A stretch of DNA of 64,000 nucleotides from Gekko japonicus (GCF_001447785.1 NW_015172587.1:327776-391775); one strand, 5' to 3'; counted from the first letter of the stretch, positions 23,640-37,320 are shown. Numbers and translations are program-made. Notes: a model not told the origin generated them from the letters alone.

Positions 23640-24640
23640 GACAGAAATTTTGTGGCCCGACACCTAAAAGAAATCAATGTAGGCACCAGGTGAGCCTCAA
23701 GGAGAAAGGCATTCAACAAACAAGGTTCTGCTGCTGAAAAAGCCTGGCCTCTGGTTCCACCAATCTCACCTTTAAAGGTAAGGGCACAGACAGCAGGGCT
23801 TGTGAGGCAAACCTTGACTATCAGCTGGACAATATGAGATGAGGCAGTCCATCAGGTACCCTGGCCCCAACTCATTTAGGGCTTTAAAGGTAACAACCAG
23901 CACTTTGAATGATGCCTGGAAACAAATGGGCAGCCAAATGGATCCTTCCCTTGATAATAGTCTGGCTGCTGCATTTTCGATGAGCTGAAGTTTCCACACC
24001 CTTTTCAAAGGCAGCCCATGTAATGCGTGTCACAGTAATCTAACATGGATGTAATCAGAGCATGGATCACTGTGGCCATGTCACAGATTACACTTCATGA
24101 GGAAAAGCTATAGTTGGTATAGCAGATAAAGCCAATAAAAGGCCCTGTGTGCTGCAGAAGAGATCTGGGCATCCAGCTGTAGGCCAGGATCCAGCAGTAC
24201 TCCCAAGCTACGAATGTGTTCCTTCGGGGGAGTGCAACCTTCCCCAGGACAGGCTGACTTCCCAGTCCTCAGTTTTTTCATTGACCTACAGCAGCTCAGT
24301 CTTGCCTGGACTAAGCTTCAATATATTAGCCCTCATCCATCCTATCACCATCTCCAGGTATTTGTTCAGAACTTCCACAGACTCAGCTGTTAGTAGAGCT
24401 GGGTGTCATCTACATACTACTGGTACCTTACTCCAGATCCCGTCTCTCCCAGCAGTTTCAGTTAGGTGTTAAACAGCATGGGGGAAAAGATGGAACCCAG
24501 TGGGACCCCACAGCATGAATTCCATGATGCCGAGCAGCAGTTCCCTAGCACCACTTTCTGGAACCAGCCAGTCAAATAAGAGCAGAACTGCTGGTGCACA
24601 CTATTCCCCCCCTCCTCAGAAGAATAATCATGGTTAATGT
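23640..24640 (-). mobile_element. Degenerate L2-clade LINE fragment
   Basis: KLQLIENAAARLL, WLPICFQASFKVLVVTFKALNELGPGYL. Confidence 0.75.
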
Positions 24641-25015
24641 TATCAAATTGTCACAGTCAATGCCCTAGCGGAGGAGCCTTCACTGTTAGAAGGACACCTA
24701 AGTTTAACCTGTGTCCAGTTACCTGTGCTTGTTAAAAGTCTTTCCCCACTCAAAGGAGATGTACTCAACCTAAGCATATTTTCTGACAGAAGAAATAAAA
24801 AGGTCCAGTCTGTATATCTTTTCTACATATTACTTAATATTTTTTTTGCAACAAAAGGGTTTTATAGTCATGGCTTGGGGATGGAAAAGGCATGGTAGAA
24901 AGAAAAAAGAACATCTCAGTCTTTTGGTTTCCCTTTTGTAGGGACAAAGATAAAACTTTCCATTTTGACTTGGATAGTTCCAGCCAGAGATGTAGTCCTG
25001 GGCATGTATCTACAC

Positions 25016-25331
25016 CAGGGATCCCCAATATGGTGCCAGTGGGCACCTGGGCACCCACCAACCAAATGCTTTTAGAAAGTGGGTGGGCTGTTGCCTAGCC
25101 AGGTTCCTGATTGGCCTTTGGAGATTTGATTGACTGTGCAGTTTTTTAAAACACCGCTATGGGAGCAGCTGCCACCACATCACAAGGATCTTCATAGTGT
25201 GACTGAAGTTAAGCTACAGCAGCTCTTTTGTGGTAGGCTCCGCCTTCTGCAGCAGCCATTTTACAGCTGTGCCCATCATACTGTCAGAATCCCAAAGGTG
25301 CCCGCAGGCTGGCAAAGGTTGGAGATCCCTG
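25016..25331. mobile_element. hAT/Charlie-like MITE
   Basis: TIRs CAGGGATCCCCAA / TTGGAGATCCCTG; TSD ATCTACAC/ATCTAGAC; related inverted copy at about 35177-35522. Confidence 0.75.
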
Positions 25332-26327
25332 ATCTAGACCTTTTCACATGCAGCTAGCATCTCTCTGCTTCAAGGATTTTGCTGAATAGCAAAATGCATT
25401 CTGGATCACAAGCAGACTAGGGCCATTTCTGTCCCACACCCAGGCCTGAATCCAGATTGAAACAAGTCTGGATGATCAGTCTCCTCCAAGATTGCCGGGG
25501 GCTGCATGACCACCATCTGCTAAAGAATCTTGCCCAGAAATAGAGAGTTGGCCGCTGGACAGTAGTTGTTCAGGTCACTGGGGTCCTTCAGGAAGGGCTG
25601 AGCAACTGCTTCTTTCAAGAAGGGTGGAACTACACTCTTCCACAGAGAGGCATTTATTATCTCCTGGATCAATCCAACTGAATTGAAGTCGTAGCTGCCT
25701 ACGTTCTGGGCACAACTTTCCTCACTAATAGCTGGGTAAACCTATCATTATTGCTGGCAAAGGTTGGAGATCCCTGATCTAGACCTTTTCACATTTCAGC
25801 TAGCATCTCTCTGCTTCAAGGATTTTGCTGAATAGCAAAATGTATTCTGGATCACAAGCAGAGGAAACCTATCAAGATTCACAATGGAAAATTGTAGTAG
25901 AGGTCTATCTGTCACAGAACATTGCAGGGAGAATCAACAGGGACACACTCCCCTGTCACTCTCCTAATAAATATCATCTGTCGGGGTGACTAGGGCCATT
26001 TCTGTCCCACACCCAGGCCTGAATCCAGATTGAAACAAGTCTGGATGATCAGTCTCCTCCAAGATTGCCGGGGGCTGCATGACCACCATCTGCTAAAGAA
26101 TCTTGCCCAGAAATAGAGAGTTGGCCGCTGGACAGTAGTTGTTCAGGTCACTGGGGTCCTTCAGGAAGGGCTGAGCAACTGCTTCTTTCAAGAAGGGTGG
26201 AACTACACTCTTCCACAGAGAGGCATTTATTATCTCCTGGATCAATCCAACTGAATTGAAGTCGTAGCTGCCTACGTTCTGGGCACAACTTTCCTCACTA
26301 ATAGCTGGGTAAACCTATCATTATTGT
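25309..26327. repeat. Local tandem duplication (about 445-bp and 575-bp copies)
   Basis: 25309-25753 and 25755-26327 are nearly identical; the first copy lacks about 130 bp. Confidence 0.85.
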
Positions 26328-28147
26328 GAGCAAGCCAATTTATGTTATATGCTATTTATGCTAATTTGCAGCAGTCAGTGGAAGGTTAAACTTTTTTTCC
26401 TTGTGGACATTATGGGCTAATAAAGCTTGTGTGAAGTCTACAAATGGGGGGAAGTATATAAAAATATTACTTTTTGGTTACTTCTTAAAAATGGCTGTTC
26501 CTGTCTAGTAGGCAGAACTTGTAATTACTCACCAGCTGATGTATTCTCTATTTGGAAATAGCAATACCAAGTTCATAATTTCACAGAATGTTTCAAGGCA
26601 CCAAGTTCCCAACTACATGGCTTGTAACCCTGAAAGCAGCCCTGAGTCAAGAGCAATGTTTTAGAGTCTCCTTTGTGACTTCTCGGGCCATATGCTGTCT
26701 GAGATTGTGGAAGGGAAGCCATGTTTGATATTAAAACTGAGAAACCGATATCAGACAGTAGGCAGCAGAGAAGCTGACTCACAGGTTAGTGGCCAGGTTC
26801 TCCCAGAGGGCTTAGATACTCCAGTTTGGTGTAGTGGTGTAGTCCTTTCATCTAATTTCTATGCAGACTAGGACAGGTATATCTTTGCTCCTCATCTTGA
26901 TCTATCACCTGTTATTTTCTAACCCAAACTGCACCGCCCTGTTTCTCTGTGCTATTTAGGCCTTTCATCTGGAAGACTTCCCCCACATTTACACCTTTAG
27001 CTTAAAAGTAACTCCTGCTCTAAATTGAAGTAGCTCTGATAAATTTTTGGTTGTTGTTATGTTGTTAATTTGAGTAATGAATGTGCTTTTTATTTGTGCT
27101 TTGATTTAATATTTACTGGTATTTGCTTAGGATGGCTCCCCAACCACTATTGTTCCAAATCCCTCAATAAACTCCATATTCCTTTTTAAATCTTTAAATC
27201 AGGTCTCTTCTGCCATCCTTTTCTTACTGAAAACTCACTACTCTCACAGATACATCTTTAGGTAAAAGATTCCGGTTCTGCGCTCACTGCCTAAATATGC
27301 AGGCCAATTCTTCATGTTAATCTGAATATATATTCACATGTTTGTACAGGTGTGGTAACATATAGATCCTGGCTGCAGTGTTCCTTTTCCCCCAAGAAGC
27401 TCGCAGTAGAGTTATCCTTTATCAGCAACCCCTATAGAAGGTAGGTTAAGATGAGAAAAAGATTTGCCCAGCCCTACTCAGTGAACAGAATGGGGATTTT
27501 CTACATTCAGATTTAATATTCTCATGCAGTAAAAATTTTGGCTATATAGTGGACTACTTGTACAATAGTGTCCCGAAGTTAACATAAGAGAAGCNNNNNN
27601 NNNNNNNNNNNNNNNNNNNNNNNNNNNNNNNNNNNNNNNNNNNNNNNNNNNNNNNNNNNNNNNNNNNNNNNNNNNNNNNNNNNNNNNNNNNNNNNNNNNN
27701 NNNNNNNNNNNNNNNNNNNNNNNNNNNNNNNNNNNNNNNNNNNNNNNNNNNNNNNNNNNNNNNNNNNNNNNNNNNNNNNNNNNNNNNNNNNNNNNNNNNN
27801 NNNNNNNNNNNNNNNNNNNNNNNNNNNNNNNNNNNNNNNNNNNNNNNNNNNNNNNNNNNNNNNNNNNNNNNNNNNNNNNNNNNNNNNNNNNNNNNNNNNN
27901 NNNNNNNNNNNNNNNNNNNNNNNNNNNNNNNNNNNNNNNNNNNNNNNNNNNNNNNNNNNNNNNNNNNNNNNNNNNNNNNNNNNNNNNNNNNNNNNNNNNN
28001 NNNNNNNNNNNNNNNNNNNNNNNNNNNNNNNNNNNNNNNNNNNNNNNNNNNNNNNNNNNNNNNNNNNNNNNNNNNNNNNNNNNNNNNNNNNNNNNNNNNN
28101 NNNNNNNNNNNNNNNNNNNNNNNNNNNNNNNNNNNNNNNNNNNNNNN

Positions 28148-28985
28148 GCATAGCATTGGCCTTTTTTGTTGCAGATGCACACAGTGAGTTATCTACTATG
28201 ACATTTTCAGTGAGTTATCTACTATGACTCCCAGATCTCTCTCTTGGTCAGTCTCTGCCAGTTTGGACCCCATCAACGTGTATTTATAGTTAGGATTTTT
28301 GGCTCCAATGTGCATCACTTGGCACTTGGCCACATTGAACCTCATTTGCCACGCTGATGCCCACTCGCCCATCTTTGACAGATCCCTTTGGAGTGCTTCA
28401 CAATCCTCCCTGGTTTTCACCACCCTGAACAATTTGTGTCATCTGCAGATTTATCCACCTCACTGCTTACTCCCAACTCCAAATCATTAATGAACAAGTT
28501 ACAATGCATCGGACCCAGTACTGATCCCTGCAGTACCCCACTGCTTACCATCCTCCACTGAGAAAATTCCCCATTTATACTCACTCTCTGTTTCCTATTA
28601 ATTAGCCAGTTTTTGATCCACAAGAGGACTTGTCCTTTTATCCCGTGACTATTGAACTTACTTAGGAGCCTTTGATGAGGAACTTTATCAAAAGCTTTCT
28701 GGAAGTCAAGGTAAACAACATCTATTGGGTCCCCCTTGTCCATATGTTTGTTCAGTCCCCCAAAGAACGCCAACAGGTTAGTGAGACAAGATCTTCCCTT
28801 ACAGAACCCATGTTGAGTCCGCATCAATAGGTTTTGTTCATCATCGTGTGTGTCTACTAATTCTTTCCTTAATACCAACTTACCCAGTATCGACGTCAGA
28901 CTGACTGGCCTGTAATTTTCTGGATCTCCTCTGGAACCCTTTTTAAAGATGGGAGTGACATTAGCTACCTTTCAGTACTCAGGAA
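28148..28985 (-). mobile_element. CR1 LINE ORF2 (RT) fragment
   Basis: QHGFCKGRSCLTNLL, YLDFQKAFDKVPH, GVLQGSVLGP, ADDT, WQMRFNVAKC; frameshifted. Confidence 0.92.
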
Positions 28986-29320
28986 ACTGCTGACTTTGGA
29001 TGAAATAGCAATTAGAACAATTGTGGTCTGCATATCTAGTGACCCTCTTCATTTCTGGAGAAGTCTCACAAATACTGTGCCATGTCACAGTTCAAGAGGA
29101 GTGGTTATGGCAGATAGGTGTCAAGTTGTTTTCTTAGTAACTGGTGTACTCTTTTTAGTTCAGTGGTGATCTAGTTTACTAGCATGCATGAACATAATCT
29201 ATACTACATGTTGCCATGTAGGGCTTAAGGTAATGTGTGTGAAGTGCTTGGACATAAAAGGTAAGCTTTTGTTTCCCCTTTTAAAATATTCCCATTGTTT
29301 CTATTGTGTTTACTTCACAG

Positions 29321-29860
29321 GATGAAGATGTGATCAGAAAAGTCTATGCTAGCGATCCAGACAACAATAAGAAATGCCAGCAAGTGCTAGGTGACCTGGA
29401 GAGACTGTTCCAGCACTTGGAAATCATGTTCAGTTTGACGTTGGTCCCACGAGTTCTTATTCTGCTTGGTGGTACTGCCGTTAGCCCTAAAGAACTATAT
29501 GAGATCAACCTGCAGGGCATCTCTTTAGGTGGCACCAAGGAGAGCCTGCAAACGGCAGCTTGTGTTCGCAAGCTTTTCCATTCGCTCTTCCTGGCAGATG
29601 TCTTTAGTGATCTTAGAGCTGTCCCCACCCTGGGTGTCATTGTTATGGTCCAAGGACACCGCAACTGTGGCATTGACTGGTTCAGACCCAAACTAAACTA
29701 CAAAGTGCCAGCTCGAGGGAGGAAGCTGACTGTCAACTTATCCTGCAGTGACCATGGCGGTGCAACACTTTCTTCTAATGCTGAAGTGAACTTTGCCTTG
29801 AATGATTATATATGGTTTCAAGCTCCAGTGACAGTGAAGGGTTTCCGTTACTTTTCTTGA
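29321..29860 (+). CDS. MAD2L1BP: MAD2L1BP last coding exon
   Basis: cag|DEDVIRK...KKCQQVL...LVPRVLILLGG...SPKELYE...GHRNCGIDWFRPKLNYKVP...DYIWFQAPVTVKGF..stop; phase 0 join. Confidence 0.95.
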   Translation, partial: DEDVIRKVYASDPDNNKKCQQVLGDLERLFQHLEIMFSLTLVPRVLILLGGTAVSPKELYEINLQGISLGGTKESLQTAACVRKLFHSLFLADVFSDLRAVPTLGVIVMVQGHRNCGIDWFRPKLNYKVPARGRKLTVNLSCSDHGGATLSSNAEVNFALNDYIWFQAPVTVKGFRYFS

Positions 29861-31903
29861 CAAGGTTTTGAAAAGGACTTTCTTAACCTCATATAGATGT
29901 TACTCTGTGCTAAGTCTTTGATAGTCTGCAATTACAAGTTTCTTGTTAGATTCTCTTTTCCAGAAGCACTTTAAGAACTATGTTGAGCTGTACTGTATTC
30001 TCTAGAGAGCTTTCTCTCCACATGATGGAGCTTGGAAACAGTTCCACTGTGATTACAAGTGCCTTTGGAGAACTTGGAGAAAGGTTAAAAGTGTGCTGTG
30101 GGACTCATTAACCCATTTTCTCTCCTGTTTGGTTATTAAACAAGACTTGAAACAATTGGGCCATCGTAGGAGCATCCTACAGATTACATTAGCTGTATTC
30201 ACTGCCTGATCGCGGAGTAATGTTTACTGAATTCCAATCTCTTATCAAGGTTGATTTTTAAAAGGGTATCATGGAAGCCATAATTCATATTTGCCTGTGT
30301 AATGATAGATGCTGCAATAAGGGAGGTGTTGTCAAGGATACCCAGCTTTAATAAGCCTAGCAAAATCCTTTTTCCTTGTGCGGAAGAATAATGACATTTA
30401 AAGCCGGAATCCCCCACTGATGCAGTATTTTCACATGTGTTTTCTAGACATTGGTTCTTCTGAGAAGTATCTGAGTATTGTGAGAGAGGAGACACACACG
30501 CCCTTAAATTTTTAGCATGAGTAATATTATTGAAATGCTCGCTTTGCTTTCTTCACAATGGTTCTACTTGGCTGATACGACAGATTTTCTTTCTTGCATA
30601 GAAGTGAACATCCTAATAGTGCTTCTTGTGGAAGTGGGTCTTAATTGCAGAGCACTAAATTAATTCTAAAGGTATAGAAGTTGCTCCCCTCTTCCCTGGC
30701 TTTGACCAAAGCTAAACTAGAAGCACTTTTGAAATTAATGCATGTCAGACAGAAGAAAGACTGACCTCCTATAGACTACCTTACATTGTGATAGTGATCT
30801 GCTTTATTCTGTGCTTACATTAAGATAGAGAATAGGAGACTCCTGGAGGACCTAATCCAAAATAGAGAACCTTCACATAATTTGAGCAGAGCCACTATGA
30901 GGTGTTGTATTGCTTTTAAGGTCCAGTGAAAATAGTTGACAAATTTGGGGAGAATGGCTTTCCAGTGGGTATTGGGGTAGACTGCTGTCCTCTAGAAAGG
31001 GAAGAATAAATTAAAGAAAGCTACATGTGGGGCAGCTGGATAGGATAGGTAATTTCTGTACCCTGAGAACAAGATTCTGTGTCAAGAAACTAATGGAGGA
31101 ATGTAGTGCTGTAGATTGGATTGTTTTGCTACCATGTTTCAGGATGAAATAGAGACCTAGAAGTGTGTGCTGTATAAAGGTTTATATGCACAGGTTGTAT
31201 GTCTGACTTCTGAATACTCTCCAGACCAGCACTGTGCACTGATAGAATAACTACAAACAAGAAATGGTTAAGGGAAGGGCTTTCCAATCTCAGAGCCTTA
31301 TAAGGTGTCTGGGACTTGTGGTACTTTGTACTGAATTACTTTCTGGGAAAGGCTGAACAAACATGCTTGTTCAAAGCAAATAAAACACTGCAGATATTCT
31401 GCTATTGGTACACAGGCTCTGTTCTAAGACAGTTATCAAAGCCGTGGAATAGATCCACAGATTAAGAGGACACGGTCAGAGAGAAGTGGATGATTTCTGG
31501 TACTGGCCCTATAAAAGTAGAGCTTTTATCCCTTAAAATACTTCAAAAGTCAGCTGCAAACAATTAGCTCATTTAAAAAATCCACAGTGTTGTGTAAAGT
31601 GTTCATGTTTTGTGGAGGTGCTACTTCAATCAACTGTAAAAGTAATCTGTCTGTAACATGTCTGTAAAATGAAGTCAATGAGAGTCGGAATGATCTTTTA
31701 AATAAAAGAGGGGACATGATTCACATTTGATGCAATATTTTTTTAACTTCCTTGTGTGATAACAGCCTCTCATAAGAGGAGCATCTGACTCTCTGAAGCT
31801 TAAGTAGCAATTAAATTACAATATTTTGTTTTGACTATTGCAAGTTGCCCTAAGCTTCAGGTTCCCTCTTGCATTTCTGTAATGCTCATGACATGCCGCT
31901 TAT

Positions 31904-32105
31904 TCACAGATGCTCCACCTTCCTTACAAACTGTCTAATGTCTTGAGCCAAAAGCTCTGGTTCCTCAAAGGCGGCAAAGTGCCCACCACGGGGCATGTGG
32001 GAATAGGTAACAATGTTCTTATACTTCTTCTTTGCCCAGGACCGAGGGGTGTGGGTGATTTCATTAGGGAAGGCAGCAACACCAGTGGGAACATAGACAT
32101 CAATC
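31904..32105 (-). CDS. EPHX1L: EPHX1-like last exon (catalytic Glu and His)
   Basis: cag|G-IDVYVPTGVAAFPNEI...MPRGGHFAAFEEPELLAQDIRQFVRKVEHL-stop; 202 nt. Confidence 0.95.
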
Positions 32106-33230
32106 CTGTAGAGGAAGACACAGCACATGAAAGCTTCTTAGGCAATGATGAGGAATACCTTTTCTAAGGCAGTGTCAGTGGGTAGTCATGTTAGTCTACA
32201 GTAGAACAGCTGGAGTCAAGTCCAGGTCAGAAGCACCTTGGAGACCAATGAGATTTTTGGGGTACAAGCTTTTGAGAAACAAAGCTCCTTTCATTAGATG
32301 GTATCCAAAGAGAAGAGTTTTGTCTCGAACCTTATACACTGAAAATCTTGTTGGTGTCTAAGGTGCTACTGGATCCAACGCTAGTGTTTCCAAAGTTTTC
32401 ATTCGCTTCATATGTTTTTAGTTATTTTCCTATTTCTAATAGGTACACAAACCTTAGACCTAGAGTGGCTAGCTTGTTGAAGAGATAAAATCGATCACTG
32501 CGCTCTTGTATTAGGCTGGTAGACATAAGGACTACCAAGTCTTCCATCTCCTATAGCTTCCCCCCCCTACGAGGCTGTGGCATCTGTAAACTTTTGCCAT
32601 CAGATGGTTTGGACTGTTCGATGCCCTGCCCCGCGCGGTTGAGTATTGGAATCATGTTGTACACCGCCCTGAGCCCTGTCTTTCAGGAACGGGTGGTCTT
32701 TTTTTTTAAAAAAAAGTCTAAGTTAATAAATAAATAAATAAATAAAATCTTAAAGTTTTGATTCTACTCTTGCATTTGGGCTACAGAAGCAAGTGTTTTC
32801 TTTCACCTTGGCATCATAGGGCTGAGCTTGTTCTTTCAAGCAACCATGAAAGAAGCCACCATATGCGGTATGTTTTCATTGTACTTTTTAAATTTTAAAA
32901 TACAGATCATGTTTCAATGAGGTGTTGTCATGCACCCCATTTGTAGAGTGGCACTGGGATCCATAACTATGTGATTTCAGAGCTTCTTTTTGAAAATGAA
33001 CTGTCTTAACTACAGAATATAGACTGTTCAAATATGCTTGGAGGGGGCAAAGACTAGGGATAAATTGTATTTGCATTATGTCAACAGTATGGCCTGATAT
33101 TACACGGAGTGAGTACGTAGCTCCTTGAAGAAAGGCAGCATAAATGAAGTGAACAGTGTAAGGTAGCATGCAAATCACTTTTGCAGTGGGATGACTTATC
33201 TTAGAATTTTTTCCAGTACCTATTCCTTAC

Positions 33231-33356
33231 CTGGCATCAGGAGCACTGGCAGGGTTCTGAGAGAAGTTCTCTTTGTAAAAGCGCATTGATGACACAATGG
33301 AGGAAGACACCCAATAGATCATGACATTGGTTAAAAGTTCATCCAGAGAGTATTTC
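33231..33356 (-). CDS. EPHX1L: EPHX1-like exon (second lid Tyr)
   Basis: cag|G-KYSLDELLTNVMIYWVSSSIVSSMRFYKENFSQNPASAPDA-AG|gtaagg; 126 nt. Confidence 0.94.
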
Positions 33357-33445
33357 CTGAATAAGAAAAGCAGAGCATAGTATTTCGCTCACACATAATT
33401 TAGCTTACCCATAATACAAGATGGAGAGCTCATATACTATATTAT

Positions 33446-33812
33446 GGCCCCGGTCACACGGCAAAGTTGCCGCGGGAGAGGCACGGATGGTGGGCGGATT
33501 ATCCGGGCGCGATCACACCCCAACATCTGGGAAGTGGAGCGCACCCGTGGCTTACCGCCGACAATGCACATTAAAAAACTAGTACCTCCAAGGTACTAGT
33601 AAACATTTGCCACGGGCTGCCTCCAGACGCCCGTGGCGTGATCGTGCCGGCGCGCGGCATTCCCCTCCGGTCCCTCGTTTACCCGCCGTCGCCGAGGGCA
33701 GGACCCGTGGTGTGCTGCCGGCACATCTGATCGTGTAATCACGGATCAAACTGCACCGGGGCAATTAGCCACGCCTTCTCCCCCGCGATATCCGGCCCGT
33801 GTGAATGGGGCC
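33446..33812. mobile_element. GC-rich MITE, PIF/Harbinger-like TIRs
   Basis: GGCCCCGGTCACACGG ... CCGTGTGAATGGGGCC; related to 39339-39868. Confidence 0.7.
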
Positions 33813-33966
33813 GGGCCATTGTATGGCTCTGATGAAATGCATGAAAGTCTTTAAAGTGCCAAAGACTGCTACTGAGGCAAAAGCATGCTAGTATATATTG
33901 TTTTTGATTCTCACCCTGCCCCACCCTCAAGTTTTAAGCCACTGGTTGTTTTTCCAGTGTGCCTAC

Positions 33967-34075
33967 CTTTCCAGACCTCCATTGTCCAAGTTTCGGAATG
34001 ATTTATCAGTCCAGGTGGAGAACTTCTCTAGAATGTATGCAGCAAGGCCCACAGGAGAATTATTCAGTCCGCATC
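33967..34075 (-). CDS. EPHX1L: EPHX1-like exon
   Basis: tag|GA-CGLNNSPVGLAAYILEKFSTWTDKSFRNLDNGGLE-AG|gtaggc; 109 nt. Confidence 0.94.
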
Positions 34076-34765
34076 CTAGGTCAGGAAAGCAACACAATAG
34101 CTTTCAGTCAACAGCCTTCAGATTTCTAGCCTTGTACCAGGAACTGGACCATGAAAGAGAATATGGGCTTTGTATTTCAACCAATTTTATACCATCACAT
34201 TCTGTTATAGATGATTGTTTGTGCAAATAATGGTTAACCTAATGGTTAGTCTTGGAAGTGCCCAGTTAACCTAAAGTGTACAGGGCTAGAAAAATTATTA
34301 CTGTGATCACAAGGATTGGTACTCATTTTATTTTTGAATTGTCAGGTCACGCACTACATTTCTCCATGTATATGTATCAGGGAGCATTGCATGAGCCTGT
34401 TCTCCCTGCAATCAGTTTCTCTCTTCTCTGACTATTTTGGAAAACATCTAACCATTTGAGCATGAAAGACTTAGAGTGCATTGACCAGAACAGAGATGTT
34501 AACATCTCAGATTTGAAATCACTTATTTCTACATGTTTGAGTGTGCAGATTTTTGAATGTTTTGGCACAAGTACTAAGAAAGAGCACCTGGTCCTAGATT
34601 GATTTGCAAAACCCACTGACATATGAGGGACATTTCTGAAGCTTGAATTTAATAAAATTTCATTTAATCTGTGACTTCTTTCATTTTAGCATCAGTATTA
34701 TGCAAGGGCAGGAACAGAAAGAGCCACAGACCGTAAAAAGCCACAAGTAAGGTAAATTCACAAAC

Positions 34766-34980
34766 CTACTGTGTCTGGCTTGGTGGCCTGAATGTGCATG
34801 TAGCCAGACTCCCGCAAGAGGTCATATATATGCTTCTTAAAGTATGGGAACAGGAGACGTGAGTCTTCTCTGGTGAGGCCCACCAACCATGGTACGTAGG
34901 CTCCCAGCAGTAAAGACACCAAGCTACTCCAACCAATTTTGGGCACGAAGACGAAGTTCAGGTGAAGTCCCTTTACAGAC
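34766..34980 (-). CDS. EPHX1L: EPHX1-like exon (lid Tyr)
   Basis: tag|G-SVKGLHLNF...LRESGYMHIQATKPDTV-G|gtttgt; 215 nt. Confidence 0.94.
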
Positions 34981-36557
34981 CTAAAACCAAGGAACACAAA
35001 GCACACAGGCTGATACCAACATATTTACTCAGAAATAAATCCCAGTGCGTTCAGTGGATTTGACTTGCATACAATTAGGCCTAAGCTTGCCAAATCAGGC
35101 CTGATGTGCCTAATTCATATTAAAGTGGATGATGTGGCCTATTGTTAACCAAGCACAGAGCATGCAGATGCTATACCGGGATCCCCAACATTTTTGAGCC
35201 TGTGGGGCACCTTTGGATTCTGCTACAGTCTGGTGAGTGCAGCCAGAAAATGGCTGCTGTTGGAGGTGGAGCCAGCCAGAAAATGGCTGCTGAAGCTTAC
35301 CTTCAGTCACATAAGTGATGTTCCTCCTGCTGCGTGGCAACTGATGCCAAAGCAACATGTTTAAAATTCTGCACAGCCAATCAAATCTCCAATTACCAAT
35401 CAGAAGCCTTGCTGGGCAAAAGCCTGACCTGGCCTTGCCCACTTTCTAAAAACACTTGGCAGGCACCAGGAAAGGTGTTGGCAGGTGCTGTGGCACCCAC
35501 AGGCACCACATCGGGGACCTCAGTGCTAAACCCTCCATCCCCACTTCCTTTGAAGGACCTTCCTTCTACTCTGGCTCATTTGCAGTACTGGAACTGAGCG
35601 TGGAGAAAAATATTCGAGCAACAGAACACACTGAGGTAAAAAAAAAATGGAAGGCAGAATTTGCCCCCCACATTCATGCTTGGCTTTTGGTAAAAATAGA
35701 ACCTCATCCTGCTTTATGCATGTACAGGATAATATATGAATATTGAAACATGGATCCCTACTACCACCACACATGTTCTTCCCTTCCGCTCCCCACAACA
35801 GACACCCTGTGAGGTAGGTGGGGCTGAGAGAGCTCTTTTAAGGACTGCTCTTGAGGTAACAGCTCTGAGGGAACTGTGGCTTGCCCAAGGTCACCAAGCA
35901 GCTACATGAGGAGTGGGGAATCAAACCCAGTTCTCCCAGATTAGAGTCTGCCACTCTTAACCCACTACATCAAACTGGTGTGATGATGAGAAAGACATGC
36001 AGAGAGGAGTGGAGGACACAAAATCCACTGCATGCCCCCATTGGAAGTGATGTTGTTTTATACAAGTTATAGCAGTGGTGGTTGTACTAGTTAACAGTTG
36101 CTTCCTTTACCTATAGCAGTGGTGGTTGTACTAGTTAACATTCCTCAGTTGCTTCCTTTATGTTCAGTCAGGAACTAATTCTGGATTTACTTCTGGGAAA
36201 TATATTAGTTCCTCATGGGAACAGATTGCATAATTCATATTTCTGTTTTCAGTTGTTTTCCTGAGTCCAATTTCTACAGGAAGTGCTCATTAAAATACCT
36301 AGGATATTTAAGAGTTCCTTGGTGGAAGAAAAAATAATTAATAACCAAACTGGATTAATTGTTTGAAGATGACTGGTTTCTTAATCTTGCCTAATGCAGA
36401 GCTGTTTGCAAACTACCATCACACTAAATGTGTATAAAGGGAGGCTAGTGTGTGGGGGACCTCACCTCTGTAACATGGATCTGCATGGACTCTAGTCTGT
36501 TGAATAAAAATGATGTCAGAGACTAAAAGAAAGAAAGCAAAGTCTTCTGCTACTCAC

Positions 36558-36687
36558 TTTGGCAGCATCTGGGCCATGTTTGTGGTGATCCGGGAACCCC
36601 AGTCTCCCCCCTGTACATAATATTCCTGGAAGCCCAGTCTCTGCATCAGCTTGTGAAAGATCCGAGCACAAGCTATCGTGTCAAAGC
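36558..36687 (-). CDS. EPHX1L: EPHX1-like exon (catalytic Asp, GGDWG)
   Basis: cag|[46 protein letters not shown]|gtgagt; 130 nt. Confidence 0.95.
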
Positions 36688-36777
36688 CTGTGAGAGGAAA
36701 GAATCAGATCATGAAAGACCTTTTGAATGAACAGTTCCACCCTAGAAACGTCTCTCACAGTCTCGTCTGTTGCATAC

Positions 36778-37008
36778 CCTGCTGGTGGGGGGCCTCAGAG
36801 AAGCCGTATCCTGGAATGGATGGACAGATGACCTCAAAGACTATATCCTCATCACTCAGTCTATGACCAACTGGGTCAGTAAGAAGTGGGATGATCTTAT
36901 AGAACTCGTAGAATGAACCAGGCCAGCCATGCACCATCAGCAGAGGCTTGGCTGCCAGGCCTCTCAGGTTACGAGATGGTTTCACGTGGATAAAATGAAT
37001 TTCAATCC
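36778..37008 (-). CDS. EPHX1L: EPHX1-like exon (HGWP oxyanion motif)
   Basis: IHFIHVKP...PLLMVHGWPGSFYEFYKIIPLLTDP...FEVICPSIPGYGFSEAP; 231 nt. Confidence 0.96.
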
Positions 37009-37139
37009 CTGTCCGGAAAAAAGCAACAGACAATTTAACATGGTGGCTATCAGTAGAAAAAGCCCGCTGAAAGTGGGAGAGGATTTGATGGAAAGGATTA
37101 GCCCAAACACAGGAGAGAGGTATATCTAGCTCCGTTCAC

Positions 37140-37320
37140 CTTCAATGGTTGTTTTATAATGTGGATATTGGTTGAGGATTTTAACGTGCTTCTGCCAGTC
37201 AAACTGGTTCCTCCAGTAGGAGATCACCCTCTGAAGGTAGTTGGAGTTGAAACCATAGTTGAAAGCAGAACCCTCCAGCGGTGGGGTATAACGGGCCTGG
37301 TCAAGACGCTGGTACAAATC
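37140..37320 (-). CDS. EPHX1L: EPHX1-like exon (EHN domain)
   Basis: cag|DLYQRLDQARYTPPLEGSAFNYGFNSNYLQRVISYWRNQFDW...TTIE-G|gtgaac; 181 nt. Confidence 0.95.

Noticed and set aside
30015-30056. Possible SECIS (ATGA-TGGAGCTTGG-AAA-CAGTTCCA...GA) that would make the MAD2L1BP in-frame TGA a selenocysteine
   Set aside because: The stem is too short and the 3' GA is not positioned opposite ATGA to form the kink-turn quartet; p31comet is not a known selenoprotein. A SECISearch run would settle it.
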